From contig CP154954.1 of the NCBI GenBank assembly GCA_039621445.1, positions 5,557,919 to 5,621,918 on the forward strand: 64,000 nt of DNA, read 5' to 3'. Each line of letters starts with the position of its first letter. The first letter of the stretch is position 1. The stretch is from Euglena gracilis (Eukaryota). A program made the position numbers and the translations under genes. The notes under the pieces were generated by a model that ran no database searches, was not told where the DNA came from, and saw only the letters and a list, made by a program, of their open reading frames with translations. Of the stretch, positions 36,401 through 49,469 are shown in pieces.

Positions 36401-37268
36401 ACTGCCAAATTTCATTTTGCATTGGGTCGCCGATGAGGAGGAAAGGAAATCAACGTGTGGACCGAAAGTCAAAATGTACCCTGGAGTGCCTGCAACCGAG
36501 GAAAACATTATTTGTGCTGTGGAACGTGTCACTGGGGAAAAGCCCTGCAAGGTTTCGAAAGTTTCACCGCTGGAGTTCGAAGTCTTTTTGCCCAACACTA
36601 CGATTTGCGACAAACTGAAAGAGGTCAGTGGGAAACCAATCACAGGCACGGATAAAAGGATCAAAATTGTGGAGGAACAGCCAAAAATGGGAGTTGAAGA
36701 AATTTTCCGTTTTGTTGAGCGAAAATTGTCTTCCAGGGATTCTCAAGACATGATACACAGTTCCAGGGAGCCAAATGCATTTGGAAACCGGAGGGCCAGG
36801 TCTGCTAAGGCAGATCGGGCCAAGGGGTCCAGGACACCCTCCCCAACACGGTCAGCCAAGGGGGGCGAAACGGTGGCAAAACCGTCCGTTGGAAAATCAG
36901 ATTCACAGGTGGCAGCTCCTGCGACCAATGCAAACGTGAACCCCCCCGTGCAAAATCCAGTGCCAGTGGTTCGATCACAGTCATTGCCACCCCCCCAGCA
37001 ATCGCAATTTGGCCATGGGGGGGGATGGAGAAATGATTCTGGGAGGAATTCCAATGCCAATGCCAATTTTCAAGGAAATCAGTGGTGGAACTCAAATCAA
37101 CGGAATTTTGATTCACAGTCTGGTGGTGGCAAAGGCAAAGGCAAAGGCAAGGGCAAAGGAAACAATTCTTGGGGGAAAGGAAACAATGGAAATGACTGGT
37201 CTAGGGGAAAGGGCCAGGATGGTGGAAAAGGCAAAGAAAAAGGAAGGGGGAAAGGAAACCGATGCTAG
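33439..37268 (+). pseudogene. gag: Family-B gag, copy 1 (ancestrally one ORF of about 1300 aa)
   Basis: Pieces 33439-34059, 34084-35703 and 35829-37268. TGA at 34057 is GGA in copy 2, and there is a 1-nt deletion near 35697. Coiled-coil, capsid-like motif and GK-rich tail. Confidence 0.88.
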
Positions 37269-37535
37269 GACAGCCGGGGTGGACCGTTGGGGGCGGGAGC
37301 CGCCCCGGGGTCGCATACCCAGCCCCACACAAAGACATACGCAAATCCCAGGTGGCATGAAAAATCTCGTGTGAGTGAAAACACGATGAAAAATCTGCCA
37401 TCCCAGGAGACCTTTGCGCAAGGTGTGTCCAGTGTGTCGGGTGCGTGTGTGCGTGACGTGCAAATCTGTGATTCAGCCCAAATCTGTAAAAAAACAGACC
37501 TCATAAGAGGTCGTGCACAGCCTTCCGTAAAGAAA

Positions 37536-38122
37536 AGAGCTTTAGACCTTTTTTGCAGTAAAGGCTCGGTTGGGGATTGCCTGAGAGAGCAGGGGTTTAA
37601 GGTTGTGTCAGTGGACATAAACCCCAGATTTAACCCAACCCACTGTGCAAATATTTTGGAGTGGAGATATTGGAGGTACCCCCCCGGATATTTTCAGATC
37701 ATCGCTGCGGGGGTGCCCTGTACAGAATACAGCTTGGCCAAAACATTGGGAGTCAGAAATTTGGAGGGGGCAGATCGGCTGTTCAAAAAAACTTTGGAGA
37801 TTGTGGAATATTTCAAGCCAAAATTGTGGTGGATTGAAAATCCCCGTCATGGACTTTTGCGGAAAAGACCCTGTGTTCAAAATCTGACTTTTGTCGATGT
37901 TGACTATTGTCAGTTTTCAGATTGGGGATATCAAAAGCCCACCCGAATCTGGGGGAGCGAAAATCTGAGCAAGCTACAAAACAAACTTTGTGATGGCCAG
38001 ACCTGCCCGAATTTGATTCCTGGGGGGAGGAGTCACCGAGAAAAGTTGGGAGGATATGGAATGACAGTTGGCACCCAGAAAAAATGGAGGATGCCCAAAC
38101 AACTGGTGGAGTATTTGTTAAC
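37536..38122 (+). CDS. C5-cytosine DNA methyltransferase domain of Pol (copy 1)
   Basis: LDLFCSKGS (G to S in motif I relative to copy 2), VVSVD, AGVPCTEYS, WWIENP, YQKPTRIW. Confidence 0.9.
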
Positions 38123-38157
38123 CGTGTTGGAACGAAAAAGCGGATATCGTAGGGAGG

Positions 38158-38544
38158 ATTATGCTGTTAGGAAAGTTTGTATGGAGGAAATTGAGAAGGA
38201 ATTTCGGGTTAAGGCGGAACGGGATTGTTTTGCAACCAGCCAAAATACCAGGTGTGAAAAGTTTTACGGGGAGGATGATGATGCCATGAAAAAGGATTGG
38301 GGGGCGGAGGAAACGTTGTGGATGAACCCCCCCTGGACTTTGTGGCCTGAGGTGGCTGAAAAATTGCAAAATTCCAATTGTCGGGCGATTTGTATTTGCC
38401 CAGACTGGAATAGGAGGTGGGTGAAAAATCTGGTGGCTATGGCTGTCAAAAAGATTTATTTTCCCAAGGGGACAAAGTTGTTTGAGGCTGATGGGAGGAT
38501 TTTGAGGGGTACCCGTTGGGGGGTGTGGGCCTTGTTGATCGATA
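38158..38544 (+). CDS. Dam-like N6-adenine methyltransferase domain of Pol (copy 1)
   Basis: RDCFAT, DAMKKDW, LWMNPPW (NPPW at 38325-38336), ICICPDW. Confidence 0.87.
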
Positions 38545-41500
38545 GAAGGCAACCCTCCCAGGGGGGGGCAACCCCAGGGAAGAAAAAATTGGTTCGGCTG
38601 AAAAAAAGAATGTTGAGGGGGACAAAAACTCGGGGAGGAGCAAAGAAACTCGGGGAGGACAGACAACTACTGGTGAAAACCCAGATTAGGTTGGCAAATG
38701 GGGAGGAAAAAACGGCCAGAATTTTGATTGACACGGGGGCGGAGGCAAACCTCATTCGACAAGGGTTGATAGGGGACCACCTAATGTATCCTGCTAAGGA
38801 CCCGTTAAGGTTTGAAACTGCCAATGGGCAAACTTTGGCGGGGGGGAGCAGATGTGCTAAGGTGAAAATGATCCTTCAACAAAATTGGAATGAGGAAAGG
38901 GAAATTGAGTGTGTGGAATATGAGGTTGAATTTTATGAGGCAAATGTCAAAGTTGATGCCATTCTTTCTTATCCATGGTTGGCGGAGGCAAAACTGGGAT
39001 TTTTCCACACCACAAGGCGTTGGTAAAAGACAGCCCCGACCTGATTTTTTTGCGGGGTGTTGAAAGACGGAGGGGTCCGCAAAAATTCAGGGATGACACA
39101 AATTTTTCAGTGGACAACGTGACTGTGGCAGACGGGTCTTCGTTTGGGTTGCAAAAACTTGGTCTTTGTTTGCCATTGGAAGGGTTGGACCAGGAATTGC
39201 AATTTTTGAGTGATGAGGACCTGGGGGAGGTTGCCACAAATTTGGAGGGGAGTGACCCCCCAGTGCAAGTTATCAACCGAATGATAATTGCAAGGGAGGG
39301 GGAGGACAAAAAAAGAGGATGAACGGGTGGTTAAGTTGAGGGAACAAGTTTTGGAAGATTACCGGGGGACGGTATTTCGGTCATCGCCATTTCCAGACCC
39401 CCCCGAAAGAGGACAATATGGTTATGCATACATACCTTTGAAGGAGGGGGCAAAGCCAACCAGACAGAAGCCTTTTTTCATGCACGGTGAGCGGAAAGAG
39501 GCACTTGAGAAAATCACACAAGATTGGCTCGACAAAAAATACATTGAGCCAGCCACAGCCAAAAATTCTGAATGGCTGTCCCAGACTTTTCCAGTTCCAA
39601 AAAAATCCAACGATTTTCCTTGGAGGGGGGTGGTGGACCTCAGGGGCCCAAACAGCCAAACAAGGCGATGCAACTACCCCCTACCCAAAATTGAAGACAT
39701 TTTGGTCAAACATGGTGCAAACCAAATGTTTTCAATCATCGATTTGAAGCAAGCTTTCCACCAACAACCCCTACACCCAGAAAGTCGACCCATAACGTGT
39801 TGTTTTACCCCCAAAGGCATTTTTCAGTGGAGGGTGAACGTAATGGGTTTGACAAATGCCCCCCAGCAATTTCAGCAAATGATCGATGACCGTTTGACAC
39901 CAGTAAGGGACATCGCCACAGGGTACATAGACGACATACTGGTGGGGACAACAGTCGGGGAAGGGGAGGACCTGGTGGGGGCACACGAAAAAGATTTGAG
40001 GAGGGTGTTGGAAGTGCTCAAAACAGAACTTTTGGTGGCTGATGAATTCAAAGCCAAACTTTTTGTGGAGGAGGTTGAATTTTGTGGCCAAATTTTAGGA
40101 AACGGGACTAGGAGGCCTGCACCGGGTAAGTTACGAGCGATCGAAAAGTGGGAGGTTCCAAAAACAATTACGGCTTTGAGAGCCTTTTTGGGATTCACAA
40201 ATTATTACAATGCATACATTCACATGTATGCGGAAGTAGCTGCCCGGTTGCAAGACAAATTGAAAGTCCCCAGGGAGGTGGGAAAGAAAGGAAGTCGAAA
40301 ACCTGTGGAATTTGATGGGGAGGATTTAAAAGCTTTTGAGGAGCTGAAAAAAAGGTTGTGTTCGGGCCTAATGTTGCAACGGGTAGACCCAGATAAACCC
40401 TTTGTGCTAAGGGTTGATGCCAGTGGGTACGCCGTTGGGGCAACGTTAGAGCAAATGAAGGAGGGGGGAGGAAGACCCACAGCCCAGGATGTGATTGAGA
40501 AAAAAACTGTGCCAGTGGCTTTTATGTCTCGAAAATTGACCGAGGGGCAAAGAAAATGGACCCCCAGGGAGTTGGAGACGTACGCCATAATTTTGGCACT
40601 ACAAAAATGGGAGAGTTGGATTGGATTGCAACCCGTTTTGGTTTTAACCGACCACCAAAGTTTGGAGTCTTGGACAAGGGAAGTCCTAGACACCCCCAGT
40701 GGTCCGGTTGGGAGGAGGGCGAGATGGCATCAAATTTTCTCCAAGTATGATTTGACGGTGGGATATATCCCGGGTAAAGAAAACACCATAGCCGATATCC
40801 TTAGTCGGTGGGCATACCCAGCTTCACAGGCCCTAAGGGACATAAGTAAGCACGGGTCAGCCGAAGACAAGGATGAAATGGAAAATTTTATCCGGGAGGA
40901 AAAAGAAGAGGAAAAACAGTGTTTGGAGATAAGAATCAAAAACCAGCCCAATTTACGTAATGCCTGGATACGGGGGGTGAACACCCGTAGTGGCAAAAAC
41001 GTAACACCTGAGGAGGAAAAAGGAGAGTGCACAAGGAGGGGAACCGAGGGTGGGGTAGACCCAGGAGGAAAAGACACCCCTGTGGACACCCACTCACAAG
41101 GGCCCAGGAAAGAAAAGAAACGAGTTCATTTTTGGGATGAGAAAGTGGGGGGGGAGACGACCCCTGTCCCGGAGACGGCTGAAAGTTCGAGGGGGGACAC
41201 TCGTATGGAAGTGGGGGACGCCCTGCCAAGTACGACCCCTAAGGATATTAAGCCCGTATGGGAGCGTGATTGGGGGGAAGCATATTCCCGATGCCCCACA
41301 TGGAAAGAAAAATGGGTAGCTACCAAAGGCGATTCAATTTGGCCAAAGGGTTTCAAAGTGCTAAATGGCCAATTGTTTTTCGAGGAAAAGTTGTGTGTGC
41401 CTGAAAGTTTTCAACACTTGGTGATTCAAGAAATTCACGAGTTTTTGGGGCACGTTGGCCCTGAAAAAGTTTGGAAACACATGGCAATCCGTTTTGTTTG

Positions 41501-43175
41501 GGCTGATGAAAAGGCTGCAAAGCAACTCAACCAAAATTGCAGCAAAAATTGTTCCACATGCCAAGCGAGTGTGAGGGGGGAGAGTTTGAAAGGACCGATC
41601 GAGTCCACACCCATACCCCCTGCACTAATGACAAGTGTTGCCATCGATTTGTTTCGAATGCCAAGGGTTTTACACGACGGGGGGGAGTATGACACCCTAG
41701 CCCTTTGTGTGGATAGGCATTCGGGTTGGATTGTGGGGGTTGCATGCAAGGACAAGGGATTAACCGGTGCCAAGTTGGCTAAGGAAATGGTGAAAAATCA
41801 GTGGAGGCCTTTTGGGGTTCCCTCGGTCATCTCAAGTGACCAAGGGAGCCATTTCACAAGCACTTGGTGGAAAAACATGTGTGCACTTTTGGGGATTAGA
41901 CAAGCGTATTCCCAAGCGTACCACCACCAAGCAAACGGGAGGGTTGAGAGAGCCGGACAACAGGTAATGGAGGTGTTGAGAAAATTGTACGTGGAGGAAA
42001 AAATTAATTGGGTTGAAGCTTTACCCCAAGTTTTGGACCGAATTCATGACGTAAAGGGGGAAAGCGGATTGAGCCCATATGAAATTGTGACTGGAAGGGA
42101 AAGACCATTAGCAGGGGTACCCTACCAACCGCCCAAAGAATGTGAGGATTCGGTGGAATTTTTCCGAAGGATGCAAGACCTTGATGGGAGGGTGGCTAGG
42201 ATACTCAACAAAAAGCATGAGGGGGAGATGGCAAGGATAAATAAGGGGAGGAAAGAAATGGAACCCCTAAAGGTGGGTACGACGGTTTGGTATAGGAGAC
42301 CCGAGGGGTCGGGTGAGAAGCTTGACTCTAGGTGGGTGGGACCTGGGGTCGTGAAGGGTAGAGAGGGGGAACGAAGTTATGTAATCGAAATGAAACCTGG
42401 GGTGGAGACAAAGGCTCATAGGAGTTTTTTGAAGGAGTATCGGGAACCCCAAGTTGAAGGTAAGGGGGTGCCTCTTTTTTATTATAAACGAACCGAAAAA
42501 GAAGAAGAGGCATTACCTGATGAGTGGGAGGTGGAGAAAATTCTAAGGCATCGGAAAGGAAAAGATGGAAAGTGGGAATTTTTAACCAAGTGGGTCGGAT
42601 ATGAGGACGGGGAGGAGACCTGGGAACCGGCTGGAAATTTTATTCACAGATTCAGTGGGGAGTTTGTAAAGTATTGTTGTGAGAAGAAAGTGAAAATGGA
42701 CATAATGTCCGAACTAAAAATTGATGGTGGGCCGTAGGCTCTAAGGTGAGCCATAAGGCCCTGTCCAAGGCTCTACAGTGAGCCCAATGGGAAGGCAAAG
42801 TGCTGTTTTTAAAATTCAAAAAACCGAATTTGCACGTCCGTGTGGGTGTGAGTGCACGCACACACGCATGAGCGTGTAAAGGAGAGAATGTACAAATGCA
42901 AGAATTGGCAAGGAGAATGGAAATTGGAGAAAAAGGCCCCGCAAGGGGGCCGGGGCACCTCAGCATATTCGCCGCCGCATTGCTGTTGTACTCGCCCCAC
43001 TGCGCTTATATTTGCACACCGCATTTATATTTGTACTTGTACTCGCCACACTGCGCCTATATTTGCCGTCCTCTCCTCTTCGCTCCCGGTGTTGTAGGTT
43101 TGGAGATTGATTCTTTGAGATGATGGGTTACATTGTGTTTGGGTGTTCTTGGTCACATAATGAGCCCCCCTTCGG

Positions 43176-43460
43176 TTTGGACAAAAATCCCCCCGGCCCG
43201 AGGAGGCGGGGGGGGCCCTTGAATTTTTAAAAATCCCCCGGCCCGAGGAGGGGGGGGGGGCGCGTTTGATTTTTGGACAAAAATCCCCCCGGCCCGAGGA
43301 GGGGGGGGGGGGCGCTTGAATTTTTTAAAATCCCCCCGGCCCGAGGAGGGGGGGGGCTCGATTTTTTGACAAAAATCCCCCCGGCCCGAGTGGGGGGGGG
43401 GGTGCCAACCGAATTTTTACCAAAATCCCCCGACCCGTTGGAAAGGGGGGGGGCAGATCT
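43176..43460 (+). repeat. About 42-bp tandem repeats (AAAATCCCCCCGGCCCGAGGAGGGGGGG) in the 3'UTR of copy 1
   Basis: About 5-6 imperfect units are directly visible. Confidence 0.9.
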
Positions 43461-43721
43461 TGGTGAAGACCCTCATTCCACCCGTGAGAAGCGGGGGGGG
43501 GGGGGCAGCCAAATAACCATTGGTTGGTGAACCGAATCTTTCCCAAGGGTGCGAAGGCACTTGAAAGCCATAGTCCCTGAATTTTGTTTCCCGTTTGGTT
43601 GGTTCAAGGGAATATGTGCGGGACATAGGCTTTGGGTGAAGGAGTGCCGATTGGAGGAGTTCCCCCCTCTTTGTTGAGGAAGGGGGGGGGGGGCGAATTT
43701 TTGGTGTCCGACTAAGGTCGC

Positions 43722-43732
43722 AAGGGAGGGGG
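43722..43732 (+). promoter_or_regulatory. PPT (AAGGGAGGGGG)
   Basis: Immediately before LTR2; the same tract precedes LTR3 at 55115-55125. Confidence 0.88.
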
Positions 43733-44541
43733 TGTCGGCCGCCGGCTTGCGCCGGCAGCCAAAAATTGCCAGAAAGCGCAAATTTCAAAGTCGCGGGTAA
43801 CAGCCAACCAGTTAAAAAAACCCGCGACTTAAATTGGAAGCGGGTCAAATTTCAAAGACCTTTCAAATTCTTTTTGTTCACAGAACTTGAGGGGTTTTCC
43901 CCATCATTTGGCAAAGAGGAAATACATTGAATTGGATTTGATCAATCACATTGTTGAATTGGAATTGGCAGTTACATTGTTGGTCATTGCATTGTTGGTG
44001 GAGTCATTGAAGGCAATTTGGTATTGAAATCAAGAAGGAGAACCTACAACACCACCCTCACCGCCACTTCTATTCCCTATACCCCTCTTCCTTGCCCCAG
44101 GTTGTTTTTTTCATCACATTCAGTCATTCTCACAGATTTCCAACAGTTTGATTGCTTCTCCAGTGGGTTGGGATTCATTTCAGCTTCAGTGGGTTGGTTT
44201 GTGGGTTGGTTTGTGCATGAGAGTGTGAGAGAGAGAAAGAGAGAAAAGTTCGATTTCATTGCAAATGGCAGATTTTTCGGTGTTCACCAAATTTTCAGAA
44301 AACATTAAAAAAACGATCCTACGCACCGGCTGGGGTAGGGGAAAACACCTGGGTGAAAAAAAGGGAGTTGGCCTGAGCCCACCAACCCCCAGAAAAAGCG
44401 CAGGCCCCGCCCCGGAAACACCCACCCCCCGGCTGTCGGTGGTTATCCACGACGGCGAGGACCCCCCCGGGCCCTCGGCCCACCGGGACTCGCCGGTCGC
44501 GGGGGCGACCGGCGGCGCAGCGGGGGTGGGGCCGGCGAACA
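43733..44541 (+). repeat. Family-B LTR2 (shared middle LTR, 809 bp)
   Basis: Preceded by a PPT and followed by a PBS (44542-44553). Lacks a 20-nt segment present in LTR1 and LTR3. Confidence 0.95.
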
Positions 44542-44587
44542 TGGTAGCAGAGGTTGGCTCACTGACTTCGTCACTTTTTCAGATTCG

Positions 44588-47500
44588 GTGAACGTCGTTG
44601 CAGAGATTTGTTCCGCTGCCTCTGCCAGCAGAATCAGTGCAAAGTTTTCAGATTCGGCTGAAATCACAAGCAAAGGTTGTTTCACTGACCCAGTCAGTGA
44701 AAATTTTTCAGAGACGGTCGACACGGTCACAGAGATTTGTTCTGGTGGCTGTGCCAGCAGAATGGTACACGAGGTCAATTTCATCAACCCTGTGGTCTGT
44801 GAATTTTCAGAAGAATCTGCAGAAATCTGCTCGTTTCCCAGTCAATCTGTCCGAATTTCAGATTGTGATGAAAATTTTCTGGGATCTGTGGCAGAAAGCT
44901 GTTTTCAGAACGAAAAGGAAACTGAATTTTCTGCAGCCCAGTTTTCAGAACCTGTGGCATCATTGCAAATCATGATGGAATCTGTGGCAGAAAACAATTT
45001 TCAGGCTGCAGAAACTTTATCGTCTTCAGAATTTTCAGAAACGACACAGGAATCAGAATCTGATTCTGATTCGGAGAGGGGGTTAATAACATGCATCAGG
45101 CCTGTCACGGTGGCAGGGCCAGAAAATTTACAGCTGATTCCACTGCATGGCAGTGACGACGAATCAGACCCCCCAGCTTACAAAAGCGAATCAGAGGAAG
45201 AAAAAGGAGCTGAAAACGCCATAATTCAGGAAATGGTTATACAGAGAATGAAAGCTGCTGGCATGTGGCCAGTAAATTTTTCAGGTTTTCAGCAAATTTC
45301 TGTGTCATCAGGAGACAGCAGCCCAGGGCCAGAACAAAAAATTTTGTGTTTAACAGCCCAGCCAGAACCATTGCTGTTAACACAGAGTTCAGAACCGCAG
45401 TCAGCACAGCCAGCTGCAGCCCAGCTGCAGGTTTTTCAGCCAGCCCAGCAGTTTTCGGCTGGGTCATCTGTTTCAGCAATCATGGGGCCAGCCCAGATGA
45501 CTTCACAGGTTTTTCAGCCAGCCCAGCAGTTTTCGGCTGGGTCATCTGTTTCAGCAATCATGGGGCCAGCCCAGACGACTTCACAAGTTTTTCACCCAGC
45601 CCAGCAGTTTTCGGCTGGGTCATCTGTTTCAGCAATCATGGGGCCAGCCCAGACGACTTCACAAGTTTTTCAGCCAGCCCAGCAGTTTTCGGCTGAGTCA
45701 TCTGTTCCAGCAATCATGGGACCAGCCCAGATGCATGGGCAGGTTTTTCAGCCAGCGTTAACAGTGTCTTCAAACACAGGCCCAGCCCAGATTTTTCAGC
45801 CAATTCAGCCAGATTTTCCACAGACCCAGCCAATAAATTTACAGCCAAACACCAGTTTTTCTGCAGAAACTGGGTCCGAAAATGCTGAAAATCAGCATGA
45901 TGTGGAAATGGAATCGGGCTATGGCCAATCTGACGATGATTGGAACAACTGGGGTGAAGAAATCAGTTGCAAAATTGAATGTTTACATGGCAGACTTTTG
46001 GTGCAGGAAGGAAAAAATCCTGAAAAAACGGCTGAAAATCTGGTGGGGGAGGCAGAAAACAGGCTAAATCAGGCATTGGCCATGTCACAGGGGCAGACAT
46101 TGAATCTGGTCAATGAGGCATTGGGCATGCATGATGGGCGAATGGCTGATCACATTGCCATGGTGAAACGTGAAATTCAGGCTGAACTGAGTGCAACTGT
46201 AAACGACTTGCTTTTGCAGTTTCAGCAAAATGGTGAAATGGTGCAAAATCTGGCCCAATGCCAAAGGCATTTGTTGAGTGTGGAAATGGAACGGCAGTTT
46301 GCTGAAAAAGTGAAGAAAGTGGAGGATGGAGTTAACTCGTTTTTTGAGGCCCAGGTTGAGGGGTTGAGAAAAAATGAGAGGGATTTTTCTCAGAAACTGT
46401 CGATTTTGGAAAAATCTGTGGGGGAGATGCACGTGGTGGTGAAACAAGTGGGGGAGAAGGAAAAACAGCAGGAAATTGCTGTTAATCAGGTCAAATCTGC
46501 AGTCGGTGAGCTAAGCTCTGGTCTGGAGGGACGCTTTGGGATCATTTTTCAGCAATGCAAAGGTTTGGGGGAGACTGAGTGTGCCAAATTTCAGGCGCAG
46601 GCTGAGAAATTGAAGGAATTTTCACAGTCCCTGGAGCGAGAGAGCAAAGCTCTGAATGATCGTTTGGGGAGGTTGGAGAATTTTCTGGGTCGGAAAGATT
46701 TTCCCATTGAGAAAGTCTGTGACCTGATTAACAAGAGTGAGGAAACAATTCGGTTGGAGGTGCAAAGGGAGTTGGGGCTGCAAACGAGAAAGAATTTGGA
46801 GGTCATTATCAGTGAAATGTTGCAGGAAAGGTTGAGGCTGAGTGAAAGGGAGGGGCAGTTTGAGAAAGTTCGGGCTGAAATGGAAAATTCGATGAAACAG
46901 CAGGTTGGAGTTTTACTGCAACAGCAGTCCAGTGAACTTTTTAAAGAACAGCAGGAGCGGAAAAAATTGCAACAAAAGCTGGATTTATTTCAGGCTGAGT
47001 TTTTGGTGATGAAAAATCAGCAAGCTGAATCTGCCAAATCTGCGACAGTGGATCTGACAAAGGAAACGAGAGAAAAATAAGCTGGAAACCCAGAAATCGA
47101 GGAGTTTGATCTTTTTGGTTACAACGATTTACCTGTGATCGAGAAAAATCCGGTTGAAATTGAAGGCTATGAATACGCTGAACCAGGGTCACATGCGACA
47201 CATGTCAGACAGGTTTGTGCACGACCTGTGGGGGCAGTGCCTGCAGGTGCAGGGCTGGTTTCATCAAATGCAGTGGCAACGCATCAATTGATGAAAAACC
47301 TGGTAGCTCCAAATTTTTCTGGACAGCCAAAAGACTGGTCGTCCTTTGTGCGGGATTGGGATCAATATTTCAGGACGTTGGTTATTTTGCAAAATGGACA
47401 TGTGTCTGATTCACTCAAGCTTCAGCTTTTTGCAATGACGCTGGACGACACAAATCAAAAGGAATTGCAATTCCGACTGGAATTGAACGGAAAAACATCT

Positions 47501-48580
47501 TTCGAGGAGGAATTTGACAGGCTTGAAGGGAAATATGCTGGAACTCAATCCGAGTGTGCCAGAAAAAAATGGTATGATGTGAACCTCGTGAACCAAGGGA
47601 AAATTACCGTACAGGAATGGCGAGATTTTGTCATAAATTTCAGAATAGCCTGGAGACAGGTGAAAAGCGCCACTGACGATGAGGCAGAAAGACTGGTCAA
47701 GGGAAAACTGCCAAATTTCATTTTGCATTGGGTCGCCGATGAGGAGGAAAGGAAATCAACGTGTGGACCGAAAGTCAAAATGTACCCTGGAGTGCCTGCA
47801 ACCGAGGAAAACATTATTTGTGCTGTGGAACGTGTCACTGGGGAAAAGCCCTGCAAGGTTTCGAAAGTTTCACCGCTGGAGTTCGAAGTCTTTTTGCCCA
47901 ACACTACGATTTGCGACAAACTGAAAGAGGTCAGTGGGAAACCAATCACAGGCACGGATAAAAGGATCAAAATTGTGGAGGAACAGCCAAAAATGGGAGT
48001 TGAAGAAATTTTCCGTTTTGTTGAGCGAAAATTGTCATCCAGGGATTCTCAAGACATGATACACAGTTCCAGGGAGCCAAATGCATTTGGAAACCGGAGG
48101 GCCAGGTCTGCTAAGGCAGATCGGGCCAAGGGGTCCAGGACACCCTCCCCAACACGGTCAGCAAAGGGGGGCGAAACGGTGGCAAAACCGTCCGTTGGAA
48201 AATCAGATTCACAGGTGGCAGCTCCTGCGACCAATGCAAACGTGAACCCCCCGTGCAAAATCTAGTGGCAGTGGTTCAATCACAGTCATTACCACCCCCC
48301 CCAGCAATCGCAATCTCAATTTGGCAATGGGGGGGGATGGAGAAACGATTCTGGGTGGAATTCCAATGCCAATGCCAATTTTCAGGGAAATCAGTGGTGG
48401 CACTCAAATCAACAGAATTTTGATTCACAGTCTGGTGGTGGCAAAGGCAAAGGCAAAGGAAAGGGCAAAGGAAACAATTCTTGGGGGAAAGGAAACAATG
48501 GAAATGACTGGTCTAGGGGAAAGGGCCAGGATGGTGGAAAAGGCAAAGGCAAAGGAAGGGGGAAAGGAAACCGTTGCTAG
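44588..48580 (+). pseudogene. gag: Family-B gag, copy 2
   Basis: 44588-47080 and 47135-48265 are in the same frame (TAA at 47078 is TCA in copy 1). Frameshift near 48250; TAG at 48578-48580. Confidence 0.88.
45428..45745 (+). repeat. 78-bp (26-aa) coding tandem repeat QVFQPAQQFSAGSSVSAIMGPAQxxx, four units
   Basis: Four units here versus two in copy 1 (about 34279-34435). Confidence 0.9.
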
Positions 48581-48847
48581 GATAGCCGGGGTGGACCGTT
48601 GGGGGCGGGAGCCGCCCCGGGCTCGCATACCCAGCCCCACACAAAGACATACGCAAATCCCAGGTGGCATGAGAAATCTCGTGCGAGTGAAAACACGATG
48701 AAAAATCTGCCATCCCAGGAGATCGCTGCGCAAGGTGTGTCCAGTGTGTCGGGTGCGTGTGTGCGTGACGTGCAAATCTGTGATTCAGCCCAAATCTGTA
48801 AAAAACCAGACCTCATAAGAGGTCGTGCACAGCCTTCCGTAAAGAAA

Positions 48848-49434
48848 AGAGCTTTAGACCTTTTTTGCGGTAAAGGCTCGGTTGGGGATTGCCTGAGAGA
48901 GCAGGGGTTTAAGGTTGTGTCAGTGGACATAAACCCCAGATTTAACCCAACCCACTGTGCAAATATTTTGGAGTGGAGATATTGGAGGTACCCCCCCGGA
49001 TATTTTCAGATCATCGCTGCGGGGGTGCCCTGTACAGAATATAGCTTGGCCAAAACATTGGGAGTCAGAAATTTGGAGGGGGCAGATCGGCTGGTCAAAA
49101 AAACTTTGGAGATTGTCGAATATTTCAAGCCAAAATTGTGGTGGATTGAAAATCCCCGTCATGGACTTTTGCGGAAAAGACCCTGTGTTCAAAATCTGAC
49201 TTTTGTCGATGTTGACTATTGTCAGTTTTCAGATTGGGGATATCAAAAGCCCACCCGAATCTGGGGGAGCGAAAATCTGAGCAAGCTACAAAACAAACTT
49301 TGTGATGGCCAGACCTGCCCGAATTTGATTCCTGGGGGGAGGAGTCACCGAGAAAAGTTGGGAGGATATGGAATGACAGTTGGCACCCAGAAAAAATGGA
49401 GGATGCCCAAACAACTGGTGGAGTATTTGTTAAC
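48848..49434 (+). CDS. C5-cytosine DNA methyltransferase domain of Pol (copy 2, motifs intact)
   Basis: LDLFCGKGS (FxGxG), GVPCTEYS, WIENP, QKPTRIW. Confidence 0.92.
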
Positions 49435-49469
49435 CGTGTTGGAACGAAAAAGCGGATATCGTAGGGAGG

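Larger units (their letters stand above)
37269..42737 (+). pseudogene. pol: Family-B pol, copy 1: C5-MTase, Dam-like MTase, PR, RT, RH, IN, chromodomain
   Basis: ORFs 37287-39026, 38975-39322 and 39288-42737, with two compensating 1-nt indels near 38999 and 39310. LIDTGAEAN, YIDD, VLTDHQ, HEFLGH...CSTC, IDLF/SDQG/NGRVE, WEVEKILRHR...KWVGY...TWEP. Confidence 0.96.

Noticed and set aside
37536-38544. Bacterial restriction-modification system or phage contamination
   Set aside because: The MTases are fused in frame to PR and RT inside LTR-bounded elements with TSD, PBS and PPT. No restriction endonuclease is visible.
38158-38544. Classification as a DIRS element because of the Dam-like domain
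   Set aside because: DDE integrase, aspartic protease, direct TG...CA LTRs and TSDs are present, and there is no tyrosine recombinase.
43176-43460. CRISPR-like array
   Set aside because: The units are tandem with no unique spacers, there are no cas genes, and the context is a retrotransposon 3'UTR.
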